Assembly: GCA_963765895.1 (NCBI GenBank)
Contig: CAVXZB010000059.1
Coordinates: forward strand, 19,789 to 83,788
Reading direction: 5' to 3'
DNA length: 64,000 nucleotides
From: an uncultured Nitrososphaeraceae archaeon
GTDB lineage: Archaea > Thermoproteota > Nitrososphaeria > Nitrososphaerales > Nitrososphaeraceae
Under the pieces are notes generated by a model that had not been told where the DNA came from, ran no database searches, and saw nothing but the letters and a program-made list of their open reading frames with translations. Made by a program: the position numbers and the translations under genes. Positions 1 to 11,115 of the stretch are shown here, piece after piece; the first letter of the stretch is position 1, and every line of letters starts with the position of its first letter.

Positions 1-21
1 AAAGTAACATTCAGGAAGATT

Positions 22-285
22 TTGAAAGCTGCCCCGGCTAACGAAATCGTTAAGCTGGCAAGAGATGTAGCTCAAAATAGCTCGAGGATAATTATTCCTG
101 CAAGATACGGGACACTGTCACTCACAAGCGCTTTAGAGTATCTCAACAATCTTGCAGATTACGCCTATTTTGTCGAGCGTAGTGAAGTTGTTTCACCCGG
201 AGGAAAACGAGTAATTACGTTAATCCACAGTTACTGGAAAAGGGGGGTTAATCTTTGTCAAAGCTTACACGAAAGCTCCCTTTGA
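22..285 (+). CDS. hypothetical protein (probably 5'-truncated by window edge), MGE gene cluster
   Basis: Open frame at the window start, tightly followed by other small + strand ORFs leading into MCM. Confidence 0.45.
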   Translation: MKAAPANEIVKLARDVAQNSSRIIIPARYGTLSLTSALEYLNNLADYAYFVERSEVVSPGGKRVITLIHSYWKRGVNLCQSLHESSL

Positions 286-576
286 ACAGATTAATAGGAA
301 ACCGAAATTAAATTCGACAGAATAAGGCATCATCTAAAGGTAGCTGTTCAAACTGCACCCGCTATCAAAGACAAATCGCCGGACTAAAAAGGGCCCTCAT
401 AAAAGCTGACGACAAGAACGTGCGCCACACTATGCAATATGAGGCCACGATAAACCGGTCAAAGGCTGAACACCATTCACAAAAGTCAAAAAGGGCTGGT
501 GTTGGAACAGGTTGGGCAACCCGAGGCCAACACCGCCCGAAGCATATCAACTTCCATGAACTGGTGAAGAACAAGG

Positions 577-1118
577 ATGATGATCGCTAGAGGTACATTA
601 TCAGAAGATGAAAATAAACGTTTTCAAGACAAGGAAACTAATTCTAGCCTTAGTAACAAATCAATTACAAATCAATTACTTAGATTACCAGAAGAAGAAT
701 TCTGTAGGCTAGTTGCAATCCGTCTGAATACGCCACTATCAAAAGCCGATCAAAAAGAGTTTGGAGAGGAACCTAGAGAATATTGGTCATTGAACTATCT
801 AGTAGAGGAGATCTTCCTTAAAATTGCCCAATTGAGGATTTTAGTTACTCATAACGGTAAGCAAGTTAGCATTTACAAATACTATAATCAGGCTCTACGC
901 CTAAAAAGTGGATTCCCATAGCAAAGGCACCAGTTGAATTTGTCATCAACGCATCAGATCTAACTTTAAGGATTTTGGTAGAACTCAAAGCATTAGGTCA
1001 TGAAGAATCACAACAAGTGCTAAAATTAGCGGTCATAAAAATTTTCGAAAATATTGTTGGTCCCAGATATGCTCATGGTAGTATTATTCGAAATCTAAGT
1101 GCGAGGTTGGATAAATAA
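577..1118 (+). CDS. hypothetical protein upstream of MCM (ORF 577-921 plus open frame to 1118; frameshifted single gene or two genes)
   Basis: ORF 577-921; another frame reads IPIAKAPVEFVINASDLTLR...RLDK* to TAA 1118, immediately before ATG 1120. Confidence 0.45.
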
Positions 1119-1119
1119 C

Positions 1120-3335
1120 ATGGCCTCAACAGCCAGTCACATTGTACTCTGTCTCTGAAGCAAAGAAGATTAAGTCTGGGCAGATAACGGTTACTGGAAT
1201 CATAAGCTCACTTTCTACTCAATACTGGGTAATATCTAATTCAAAGTGGGAATGCCCTAATTGTAACCAAGTCGGTAGCCAGAATTATATACCACCTCGT
1301 ATGCTCCCACCAAGACGCCTGGACAATATATCAAGTACCGAATTAAAGTGCTTTGAATGTCACAGCACCGCATTTACTGTTAGCCATGAATACCATACAG
1401 CCAAGACTATTCAAGTCATTGATGCTGATAATAACCATAATGAAAACTATGATTCACTTGAGGTAGTGTTATATGATGAATCATGGAGTCATGCATTTGC
1501 CGGCGAAATTGTAGATATAACAGGTGATCTACATGTCCAGCCAAAGACACAAAGCGTAATCAATAGCAATGGCAAGAAACTTGTCAGTATTTTACATAGT
1601 AGTAGACTTAACTCAAAACATAGAGAAAAGATCATAATCACCCATAAAGATATTGAAATCTTTAAGAGACACAAGGCAATATGTGAAAAGGCTTACCAAA
1701 GTGAACTTGAAACCATAGAGCGTTATCCAGAGATAGCAAAAAAGATCAAACCAATGCGATATATCGATAGAGTTGTTGCAATGGTTGCACCTAATGTAAT
1801 AGGACATAACGACAAAAAATTGGGACTACTAAGATCTATAGTTGGAGCAAGATCAGATCACGGAAATGATAATGGAAGAAGGGGAAGAATAAATACACTG
1901 CTCGTAGGCGAACCAGGGACAGCAAAGAGTACATTAGCAAAAGAGGCTACTCGTTTATTACCTAATTCCAGATATGTAACAGCTCAACATGCTAGTGGCA
2001 AAAGCCTCATTGCTATTGTCGATAAAGAAAATGATAGTCTAGTATGTAGGTATGGAGTAGTTGTACTTGCTAAGGGCGCCGTTTGTGCAATAAATGAGAT
2101 AGGCGCTATGAATCCTACAGATCAACAATTTTTGCTAGATATTGCTGAGGAAGGAAGATGTACCGTAGATAAATACGGCACCCATTTCGAGATCGACGCA
2201 CCCACAACCATCATAGCGACAGCAAATCCACTTAATCAAACTTGGAGCAAGGGCTATAACATATCAAAAGACGAGATACCAATACTCAAACCTCTTCTTG
2301 ATAGATGTGATCAAGTTTATGGATTCATGGATTTTCAATCTGAAAATGAAATCAATGAATTCACAGTACCAGAAAACTAGGGTTAGAAACCGTCCATCAC
2401 ATAACTATAATTTCCTAAGGAAATTACTTGTTTATACTAAAACCCTCGAGCCTGTAGTGACAGACGATGTAGGAGCTAGACTAAACAATTTTTGGGAGAA
2501 GGGTAAAATTCAGGGAGCAGTTACCACTAGGGCATACGATTCAATATTTAGGATCGCAGAAGCGCAAGCAAGACTTAACCTCAGTAACATAGTCACAGAC
2601 GATATCGCAACTCAGACAATGAATTGGATCGGCCTAATGATATCACAATACGGTAAAGTTGTAGTAACAATCCGAAGCCCGCGCGATGCCGCTTATAATG
2701 CATTCGTGGACATCTTAAAACATACTAGTATTGGCATAACTATCACAGAGCTTTGTGCTAGGGTATGCAAGGAAAATAGACATATAGCTGAATACTTGGG
2801 CGAGAAGTGGAATATTGAACATAATCATAAGCTAAGAGCTGTAACTGACATGCTCCTAAACCACGGAAAAATAAAATTAGTAAATGCCAAGCCAATGGTA
2901 CTACAATACATCGATAAGGAAATATCATCTGACAAATCTGACGTATCTGACACAACTATCAAGGCCAGTCAAAATAATGTGGCACTGTCCACAACTGACG
3001 CATCTGACGTATCTGACACGATATCGGTTAACATGAAAAAGTTGCCCGCATTCATGACTGAACAAAATAATCTGCAACCTGACATATCTAATCTATCTGA
3101 CACTGCCCAGACTAACACCAATAAATCGGCCAATGTTATGACTGAACAAAATAATCAGCTATCTGACATATCTGACATATCTGACACATTCGGAGACCAG
3201 CAGATTATCAAGGAACAAGAATCGTGTAATATCTATAGACTCGGACACTCAGATACTTGGGCTTGCGAAAATTGCAGACAAAAAGGAGATGTACATCACA
3301 TGAGAGGACATCTGTGTAGTGGAGATGCAAAATAA
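1120..3335 (+). CDS. mcm: MGE-type MCM helicase with C-terminal wHTH-like region, SDx repeats and Zn-binding tail (frameshifted at ~1140 and ~2365)
   Basis: CPNC..CFEC Zn motif, APNVIGH, Walker A GEPGTAKS, Walker B CAINE, IIATANP, LLDRCD arginine finger, TTRAYDSIFRIAEAQAR sensor-2; ORFs 1142-2380 and 2298-3335 join. Confidence 0.9.
2928..3185 (+). repeat. intragenic iteron-like array: 4 clusters of 3 x 9-bp units (TCTGACNNA)
   Basis: TCTGAC-like hexamers at 2928/2937/2946, 2994/3003/3012, 3078/3087/3096 and 3162/3171/3180. Confidence 0.9.
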
Positions 3336-3560
3336 CCAGTCATGATTCTATCTCCATTTATGAAAAGATTGTTAAATATGGTCCTGTTACCTTACAGTCT
3401 ATTTAAGTAATTTAAAAAAGTATTAATCGTCATCGTACAAAGTATGAAATACGGCTTGCTAGCTTCATGATTATGTACAGTTTTGTATCATTGTTTTCTA
3501 TTTGTATTCGCTCACTAGATTCAATATTCTACAATTGGTTTAAATACTTCAATCGATTAC

Positions 3561-4406
3561 ATGATGGTTCTGATTCCGCAGGAATATCTAGATCACGCTT
3601 GGATTATAATATCGAATCCGATCATAACTGGCATAATTGGAGTCGCTATAGATCATTTTTTATTGAAACCATTTTAGAGAAAAATAGAAATAGGAAAAAA
3701 GCATTATTACAACACTATAAGACATTAAGAGAAGATGTTCTTGATCACTGGCTTCAATATGAAGCGGAACTGTATTCACAACTAAATACGTTTCCTAAAA
3801 CAACCATACCTCTATATACACAAATTTCGGAGAAACTAAGGTCGAAATACTTCAATCGGCTCCGATCACATCTGAAGATATCTTATAAAGAAATCGATGA
3901 TATAATAACTGATATCGAAGAAAGTGAATCAAAGCACAATCAGGAAGTTGCCGATTTTATTAACGGGTTGAAACAAAGAATTAGAAATACAGTTTACATA
4001 GAAAATGACTGTAGGTTAGAAGGCATATCTGAGCATCAATTCGCAACCGATGTTACACCACGCTTCGTTTTAGACCATATCATTCATTACTATATCGAGA
4101 AATTCAGCAGACCTGATTACCAATTAGCGGTACGAAAATTGAACTCACATTATCAACTGTACAGGGCTTCTGACATGAAAGAAATTGGTAGAGGAGATCA
4201 ACAAAGCATGGAATGCCTAAAGAAAAAACTGGACGTCCAAGAACGTGATATAATAAAAGTACTAAAACGAACTTAGTGATGAAGGAAACAGACTAATTAA
4301 ACGCTTTCTAGAGCTCAAATCAAAGGCGACTGACTTAGTCGTACAGATAGATGACGGTTATCTTTATGGTAAATGTGACTTCGAATCAAGACTACGATTC
4401 TTCTGA
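3561..4406 (+). CDS. membrane-anchored hypothetical protein (two apparent frameshifts)
   Basis: ATG 3561 gives a hydrophobic IITGIIGVAI segment; joins ORF 3467-4276; another frame continues ELSDEGNR...YGKCDFESRLRFF*. Confidence 0.55.
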
Positions 4407-4550
4407 TCCATTTTTTTAGTGTTTTGAATCATAGTTACCCATATTTTTTTCATCAACCTTGATTCCACACTTCTCAGTAGGGGTTTTCCTATTTAACCCC
4501 ATATGCATGGCGGTCATAATAATTTGTGAGATTGTATAATTATATCTGAT

Positions 4551-4748
4551 GTCAGATAGGTCAGATAGCTCAGATAGAGGTGGAGAGCTGCATAAGATTA
4601 AGGACTGTCGGCCATACTAATGTCAGATGGGTCAGATACGTCAGATAGTTACAGTTCTAGGTGAATAGAGATTATCCGCTGCTAGGGGGTCAGAAACGTC
4701 ATATATGTCAGATGGGTCAGATACGTCAGATGGGTCAGATACGTCAGA
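4551..4748 (-). repeat. inverted TCTGAC 9-bp-period array (clusters of 3, 3 and 7 units)
   Basis: GTCAGA-like hexamers at 4551/4560/4569, 4622/4631/4640 and every 9 bp from 4689 to 4743. Confidence 0.9.
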
Positions 4749-4902
4749 TAGTGGAGCATGCGCCCTCCTACTCATTTTTCATCAATACTGAGCTTAGAGT
4801 TGTCATTCGATCTAATGATGAAATATAAGCGAGCGATTTTAATAACACATAGAATCACGGTACTATAAAATAAGAAGAGCAATTTTATTAAAGGAATATT
4901 AA

Positions 4903-6303
4903 ATGACAGAGGAAAATTCTTCAAAGCGATCTAAGGACCACAATACTCCTGAAAAACAGAGGGCATTAGTACTCCAAGGAGGGGGAGCATTGGGTGCGTA
5001 TGAAGTAGGTGTATTGAAAGTGCTGTGTAAAAAGCTTCTTGAAAGTGGTGGAAACGACACGGAAAATGGGCCGTTATTTGATATTATTGCAGGCAGTTCC
5101 ATGGGTGCAATGAACGCCGCAGTGCTTGTAAGCAATGTAGTCAACAGACATAAGAGCTGGAAAGAAGCAGTAGGAGTGCTTGAAGATTTTTGGATGGATG
5201 AAAAAAATGGTCTCTCGTCCACTCCAGATATTAACAAATGGTTGGATGACGCAAAAAAACAAAAAAACTTTAATGCTTCATCAGAGGCTGCAAGAAGATA
5301 TTACTCAGTAAAATATTACTTAGCTAAGGGAACACCAAATGTGTGTTTTAAAGATCCAGAACCAGAACGTGATGTGAAATTTGGCGATAGGGATAATAAT
5401 AACAATCCGGTACAATGGACTTGGTATATTAGCGATCCATTACAACATACTATAGAGCGATATTCAAAAGATGAAAATACTGAAAAATTGAAAATAGCTA
5501 CCAGCTGGGAACATAGACAGCCTAGGTTACTTGTCATTAGCGTTGATGTATCTGACGGGAAGACAATAACATTTGATAGTTATCACACAAAAGATGATCT
5601 TGAAAAAGGAGTGTATGAAGGTGATGGTATTACTATAGATCATATTATGGCTAGCGGTACGATACCGCTCTTCTATAAGTTCCGGGTAATAGATGGAAGA
5701 AGTTTCTATGATGGAGGTTTTTTAAATAATACACCATTTAGAGAACTCTTGCAGGCACATAGGGATTATTGGACTAAAGTAGCAGATAATGTCAAAGCTA
5801 AAATTCCCGATCTGGATGTGTATATAGTAAACGTGCATCCTTCTAAAAGAAATATTATTCCTAACGACCATGATGGGGTTAATGATAGATTTAATGATAT
5901 AACATATTCAGACAGGAATTCTGGCTATGATGAAATGGTAACAGATATTGTAACAGACTACAATGATTTGGAAGAAACATTGCTTGGCGCCATACAATTA
6001 ATACATAAACTTACTAATACAAATGAGGGTATGGTATTTCAAAATGGGTTTGAGCAGTTTCTAACGATTGCTGAAGAAAAAAGTAAAACACGAGAAGTTA
6101 GGCGGGAAAAATACAAAGATCTAATAAAAGGCAAATTCACATTAAAACAGGTAATAAGAATAGAACGTGCATCTGACGTAGATGCTATTACCGGTAAGGA
6201 AGCGGATTATTCCAGCAAAGCTACAGACTTTACTCATGATTCCATAAAGATGCTAATTGAACAAGGAGAAAAAGATGCATTGAAGATACTCGAAGGATGT
6301 TAA
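4903..6303 (+). CDS. patatin-like phospholipase/esterase
   Basis: LVLQGGGALGAY, GSSMG nucleophile elbow, FYDGGFLNNTP; intact 466 aa. Confidence 0.92.
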   Translation: MTEENSSKRSKDHNTPEKQRALVLQGGGALGAYEVGVLKVLCKKLLESGGNDTENGPLFDIIAGSSMGAMNAAVLVSNVVNRHKSWKEAVGVLEDFWMDEKNGLSSTPDINKWLDDAKKQKNFNASSEAARRYYSVKYYLAKGTPNVCFKDPEPERDVKFGDRDNNNNPVQWTWYISDPLQHTIERYSKDENTEKLKIATSWEHRQPRLLVISVDVSDGKTITFDSYHTKDDLEKGVYEGDGITIDHIMASGTIPLFYKFRVIDGRSFYDGGFLNNTPFRELLQAHRDYWTKVADNVKAKIPDLDVYIVNVHPSKRNIIPNDHDGVNDRFNDITYSDRNSGYDEMVTDIVTDYNDLEETLLGAIQLIHKLTNTNEGMVFQNGFEQFLTIAEEKSKTREVRREKYKDLIKGKFTLKQVIRIERASDVDAITGKEADYSSKATDFTHDSIKMLIEQGEKDALKILEGC

Positions 6304-6506
6304 TATTATAATCAAGACAAAGGTATCTTTTCTAATACGTTAAACCAGCTCCAACACATCCTGTATAACATGAGTCCGAAAATAAGAGTCAGAGTCAAAT
6401 ATTCAAGCTCTGGCTCGATTCATATCTCAAAAGACTTGTTTCATATCGGAACCTGACTATAATTTCTCTCATAGCCAATCAAAATGAATCCTATTCAGGA
6501 TATGAT

Positions 6507-6688
6507 GTCAGATATGTCAGATATGTCAGATAGGTCGTTGGGCTGGATACAGATAGTTCAATGCGATGCGAGATTAAGGTTGGGGAGGTCAGATAGGTCA
6601 GATAGGTCAGATAGTTGAAATGCAATCAAGGCGGTATGTGGTTCAAGATTCGCAGCTATAAAGTGTCAGATAGGTCAGATAGGTCAGA
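6507..6688 (-). repeat. inverted TCTGAC 9-bp-period array (3 clusters of 3)
   Basis: GTCAGA at 6507/6516/6525, 6588/6597/6606 and 6665/6674/6683. Confidence 0.9.
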
Positions 6689-6788
6689 TGGACCTTAATT
6701 GTATTATAATGACACGAACATTGCCATCATCGCTCAGGTAATAGACACGTCAGCTCGTGTGATCCTCTAATTCATATGTCATGGTAGT

Positions 6789-7104
6789 GATCCTATTGAT
6801 AGGTAAAACTATCAAGACCGGTGATTAACTTAATATCAGTCAACTATTAATTGGTGATACCTATAGATAGTAGCAATTAGTCGATGCGAATCAACATACT
6901 AATTCCGTTAATATGCAATAAGTTCAACACATCGGACAATATCGGATTTTTAACACATCTAGCATAATCATCCCGGAAATAACGTTATAATAAGATAGGA
7001 GCGTGCCAGGTTATAAATATTATCAAAAAATCTGTGTCCTATGTGTAGACTGACGTCCCAGGATGGTGATAAAATTTGTGTATGCTGATATGATGAGGCG
7101 CGCC
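6789..7104 (+). repeat. conserved non-coding element X, copy 1 (longest)
   Basis: Shares GATCCTATTGATAGGTAAAA with 14221; shares CTATAGATAGTAGCA, GGACAATRTCGGATT, GCGTGCCAGRTTATAAATA and GAGGCGCGC with 15645-15928. Confidence 0.8.
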
Positions 7105-8128
7105 AAATATCACGTAAAACTGGGTATCATGGATTTGCAATTTGCTCGCTTTTGTATCAACACCTGGCTGAAAGCCTGTTATTGTGTCTGTCCCAGGTCC
7201 ACAATTAAACTAGTCGCGTCCTGCGCCTCCAGTCAGAATATCGTTACCATCGCCAGCTGGATCTAATAGATATAGTTTTTGAAAAATTGATCCGCAGTAT
7301 AGACGCGGTCATGATGACTAACAGGTATATCAGGAGAAGCAATGACTACTCAGAGTCTTGGCCTATCCCCCTCGTAGATGGGGAGATAAAAGGAATTAGT
7401 AAGACTAAGCAATACCATGACCGCGGTGATAATCAATATAGCGAAGGAAAAAATTTGCAAATTAATGGTCCTAAAATCTAGAGTATGTATAATTAGTTTT
7501 TTATAGGCAAATTTCACCCTCCTGCCCACCTAAGATAGTCAAGTGTGTCGGTTTAGAAATGGTCCCCTTTCATAGTAGGCCTAATACTGTTTTTGGTGAA
7601 AAATAGGTAAAATATAATGAATAAATATTCAGATTTTTCTTACATAATACCTATTTTAAGGCCATTAGTAGTGTATACAAATAATGGACAAAATTAATTT
7701 ACTTGTCAAAACTCTCTTGATAACCACTCCTCTCAGTTCCAATTGTAGCAGTAACAGTAATCAGCAACTCGAATAATTATAAGCAAATGCGTCTACTAAT
7801 ACTACAGAAACACTATCTTCGCTACCATTATCAATTCCATCTCTTCCATCTGCTTCTTTAGTAAATGAAACGGTTACTTCCTCTAATAATAATTCGTTTG
7901 TATATGCAAGTCCAACTGTTTTAAATTTAAGAGTCTTTGGATAGAGTGGATAGGTGGGTTATAAAGTTCCACTATATAATTTGGTACACGTCCTGCTCCC
8001 TTATGCTATGGCCTTCAGCTAAATGAACTCCTAAAGCATCCTATGAACGAAACTCAAAGAGATCAGTTGTTAAAACATTTCTTTTACAAAAAACTTGGTA
8101 TACGCAGCAAACTTTACTAAATATTTTA

Positions 8129-8630
8129 ATGGCAAAAATTAGCACACCAACTGAGACTAAAATCACAGGCCCAACAGGTCCAGGAGTTATTTGCAAATTC
8201 CCCTACCGCTCAGAAACAAACACTACTGCAAATAATTGTAATCCTTCACTATGGAACTTTATGCCACTACCCGGGCCACCAAGGTTAGATAATGCTCAAC
8301 CCATGTGTCACGGTAGCAGGAAATGTATCTGTGGTACAGTTTCCAGCCGATGGAGATGCAGTTATGGCCTTAACATTGGATAAACCATATAGCAATATGG
8401 TTACGGTAGGAGAAATTTCAATGACAAAATGAAAGGAGGGATATGGGTAGAATTAATATATTAGAAAAGCCAATGAATTTAACCACAGTTGAACCCTTCA
8501 AAATAGGATCTTGTAAAGGCTATAATGGACCGGTATTTAATCTTCCTAAAGTGGGAGACCACTTGACGGTAACAGGTAAATACATAATTGATGTGCGCCG
8601 CGAAGGCGGTCATGCTAATCCACCTACCCT
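8129..8630 (+). pseudogene. frameshifted paralog of the secreted protein at 9594-10380
   Basis: Reassembled frames: CNPSLWN..PPRL..PCVTVAG..DGD..LDKPY..PKVGDHLTVTGKYIID. Confidence 0.65.
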
Positions 8631-8762
8631 CGAGGGTAGATATGGATGTCCATCCCCGCATAATCGTGGTGACGTGTGGCGAGCCTTGTAATAGAATTTA
8701 CTTAAAGTCTTAAACCTAACGTTAAGTCAATGCTGACCAGAGAGAATTTGAACCAATAAAAA

Positions 8763-9063
8763 TTATTTTTTCTCCTTTTCGCAACATTTTACATTCGGAC
8801 ACTTTAACAATCAATTCATTTATCATGTTTGCTCCTGCAATACTAAGAGCATGAATAATGATTCTGCTGAATGGGGTTCGCCTTTGGAGCTAACCGTTCT
8901 AATAGTACTTATTTGTCCACATTGAGAGAGCATCTTATTAAATAGAAGTGCATTTTCTTTCCTTAGAGCATCTGTAAAGCCATTCCATGTTTCGATCTCT
9001 TTAGCTAAGATATGGACATTGCCATTTTCATTTTGTTCATCTTTGGGACACTTCCATTATCAT
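8763..9063 (-). pseudogene. small conserved thaumarchaeal helical protein (LxxEIExWxxFxxALR family), frameshifted
   Basis: Minus strand reads HILAKEIETWNGFTDALRKENALLFNKMLSQC..SAESLFMLLVLQEQNMINEL. Confidence 0.55.
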
Positions 9064-9382
9064 CTTGAATAGTTTACATTCTCTTTAATAATAGATCGCA
9101 AGGGGAGAGGCGAATGAGTTTGTATATTCATTGAAATATACTTATGTGCTGCTTTCATGAACGTGATCTCAATTTGGTCAGGCTTAGCACTTAGGTCTAA
9201 CCGAAGAGAAGACGGCGAGGACGCCTTGCTATAGGTAGGCGCAAGTATTAACGTCTAATCATATGTCTTGAATAGTAGCGATCACTGAAGTTGGTTATCA
9301 AGTAATCTTGTTCAGCGATTATTATTTCTAGACTCAATCAACTTTAATACAACCAGATCTGATTAATAATTAACAGGATAAA

Positions 9383-9589
9383 ATGACATACTCCTTACAT
9401 AAGAATACTGAAACTATAATTGAGTTATCTGATGATTTTGTCAATCGTCTGATTAAAGATTTGGAGGAACTAGCAAATAGTAAGAAACTTTCGGATACGC
9501 ATGAAAGAGCAGACAAAATATTATTGGAATTTGCCCCTGATGAAATTAAGGATGCTTGGAAAAAGGTAACAAAAGTGAAGATAGAATAA
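9383..9589 (+). CDS. small hypothetical protein
   Basis: 68-aa ORF with protein-like composition and an upstream TATA-like TTTAATA. Confidence 0.55.
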   Translation: MTYSLHKNTETIIELSDDFVNRLIKDLEELANSKKLSDTHERADKILLEFAPDEIKDAWKKVTKVKIE

Positions 9590-9593
9590 ACCT

Positions 9594-10380
9594 ATGACAA
9601 CCATGAGGGGATGCATAATAATCTCATTTTTGTTTGCCTCTTTAGTCATTGTTCTCGTTGCTATCCCTGACGTTTTATTTCCTCAAAATAGTTGAGGCAA
9701 GATGTCCAAATGGTTATCACAAAAGTCCGAATGGCGATTGTGAACTGGTGGTTTCTCATGAAGGAAAGTGGCCTAGATGTCCAAATGGTTTCCATCGTAG
9801 TCCAGATGGAGATTGTGAGAGAGTCGCCGATAATAATAGTAATGATGGCAACAATAAATAATGAGGACCAACTAAGCGACATTCCTTCCAATAACGGCAA
9901 AGATACAACTAGCAATAGATTCTCATCATCTGGTACCTCAGCCTCTATTCCACTATCACCATCAATTGTAACAGCCTCCGAATCAACACCAGGAAAATGT
10001 GACGACTCACTTTGGAATCATGTATATAATCCAAGCAGGTTGCAGATAGTTGATAAATGCATAACTGTAACTGGTATTATCGACAGTATCAGATCTGAAC
10101 AAGACGGTGATTTGCATATACGATTAAAGCTTGATCCTTCGCATTCTCATCTAGTAAACCAGGCTAATGAGAAAACCAATTTGGAGATCTAGTCCTAGAG
10201 CCTATTTGTATAGGAAAAGTAACCCAAGCGAGTGCAATTTCTGCTTGTCAGAATTTCCATCAAGGCATTGATATTCCACCAGTAGGTAGCCACATTCAAG
10301 TTATTGGATCCTATGTATTAGATAAGGAACATGGTGAATGGGCAGAAATACATCCTATTACAACTATAGCAAAGGAGTAA
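9594..10380 (+). CDS. secreted protein with two RCPNG(Y/F)HxSPxGDCE repeats and a C-terminal putative OB-like domain (about 3 frameshifts)
   Basis: Signal peptide from ATG 9594; ORFs 9649-9861 and 9692-10192; continuation LVLEPIC..PPVGSHIQVIGSYVLDKEHGEWAEIHP to TAA 10380. Confidence 0.7.
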
Positions 10381-10914
10381 CAATTACACTCACAGTCATT
10401 GCCAACAATATCGACGAGCAGTATTGTATCCAAATTATTCCTTTACGTTAGAACAGAAACGAGATAGATCTCAGTGTTTAGACAATATTGGGCGAGCCAT
10501 GTTTTACCATAGTAACTAATGATGCTTATTTCGCATTGGTCTTGGATTAGGTCCCTTCTTTCAACTTCGATAAGGATGTCTCCCCAGCGTCCTCAACTGC
10601 AATCGATTTTTAGCTTCTGGTTAATGCTAGGATTGTATCCAGTTCATCCATCTCTATACGGCGCGATGGACTGCCTTCCCTTCTGGATACCTTTAGTAGG
10701 TAACCGTGAGGATAATTCATAGTCGGTATTCCTCTATCCATCAGAAATGCCTTGGCTTCCTCAGCATTCATTTTTCAGAGGTATCTGGCCGATATCGTTT
10801 AAAACACTATGGACCTGAAAAATTGCCCATTATGTGCATATCCAAAGCGTATGAATTCTCAAGCAATCTCTATATTGTATTCTTTTCTACAATCATCCAG
10901 CCACCATGGAACTA

Positions 10915-11010
10915 GAAATGCCAAGGACGGGATCCTGGTCGATCACTGGGATGTGATTCAAGACGAGGCGAACCAGGAGCCAGTCAAAGAGCGGTCTTCC
11001 CATGTTCGTG
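10915..11010 (+). pseudogene. SnoaL/NTF2-like C-terminal fragment
   Basis: KDGILVDHWDVIQDEA..SKSGLPMF matches a typical NTF2-family C-terminus. Confidence 0.5.
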
Positions 11011-11115
11011 TCATGGACTAGATTTTTTTATCTATATTCAAGATTACCGTAACCATGGATAGAACACATATCGCCGTCATTATGGAATAGCCATTGTTGA
11101 TGTATAGAAAACCAA

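Noticed and set aside
2298-2380. Programmed frameshift or split MCM
   Set aside because: Indels are pervasive across unrelated genes in this window, so error or decay is more parsimonious.
6484-6618. Small + strand ORF MNPIQDMMSDMSDMSDRS...
   Set aside because: The repeat encodes SDx on both strands, so the ORF is a likely by-product with no other support.
4551-6688. CRISPR array interpretation of the GTCAGA clusters with unique spacers
   Set aside because: Repeats are internally 9-bp periodic, vary in unit number, occur inside the MCM CDS and number only 3 per array; no cas genes are present.
9180-9245. GC-richer patch with a short CGCCT/AGGCG hairpin as a tRNA or ncRNA
   Set aside because: No cloverleaf or T-loop; a 5-bp stem is not significant.
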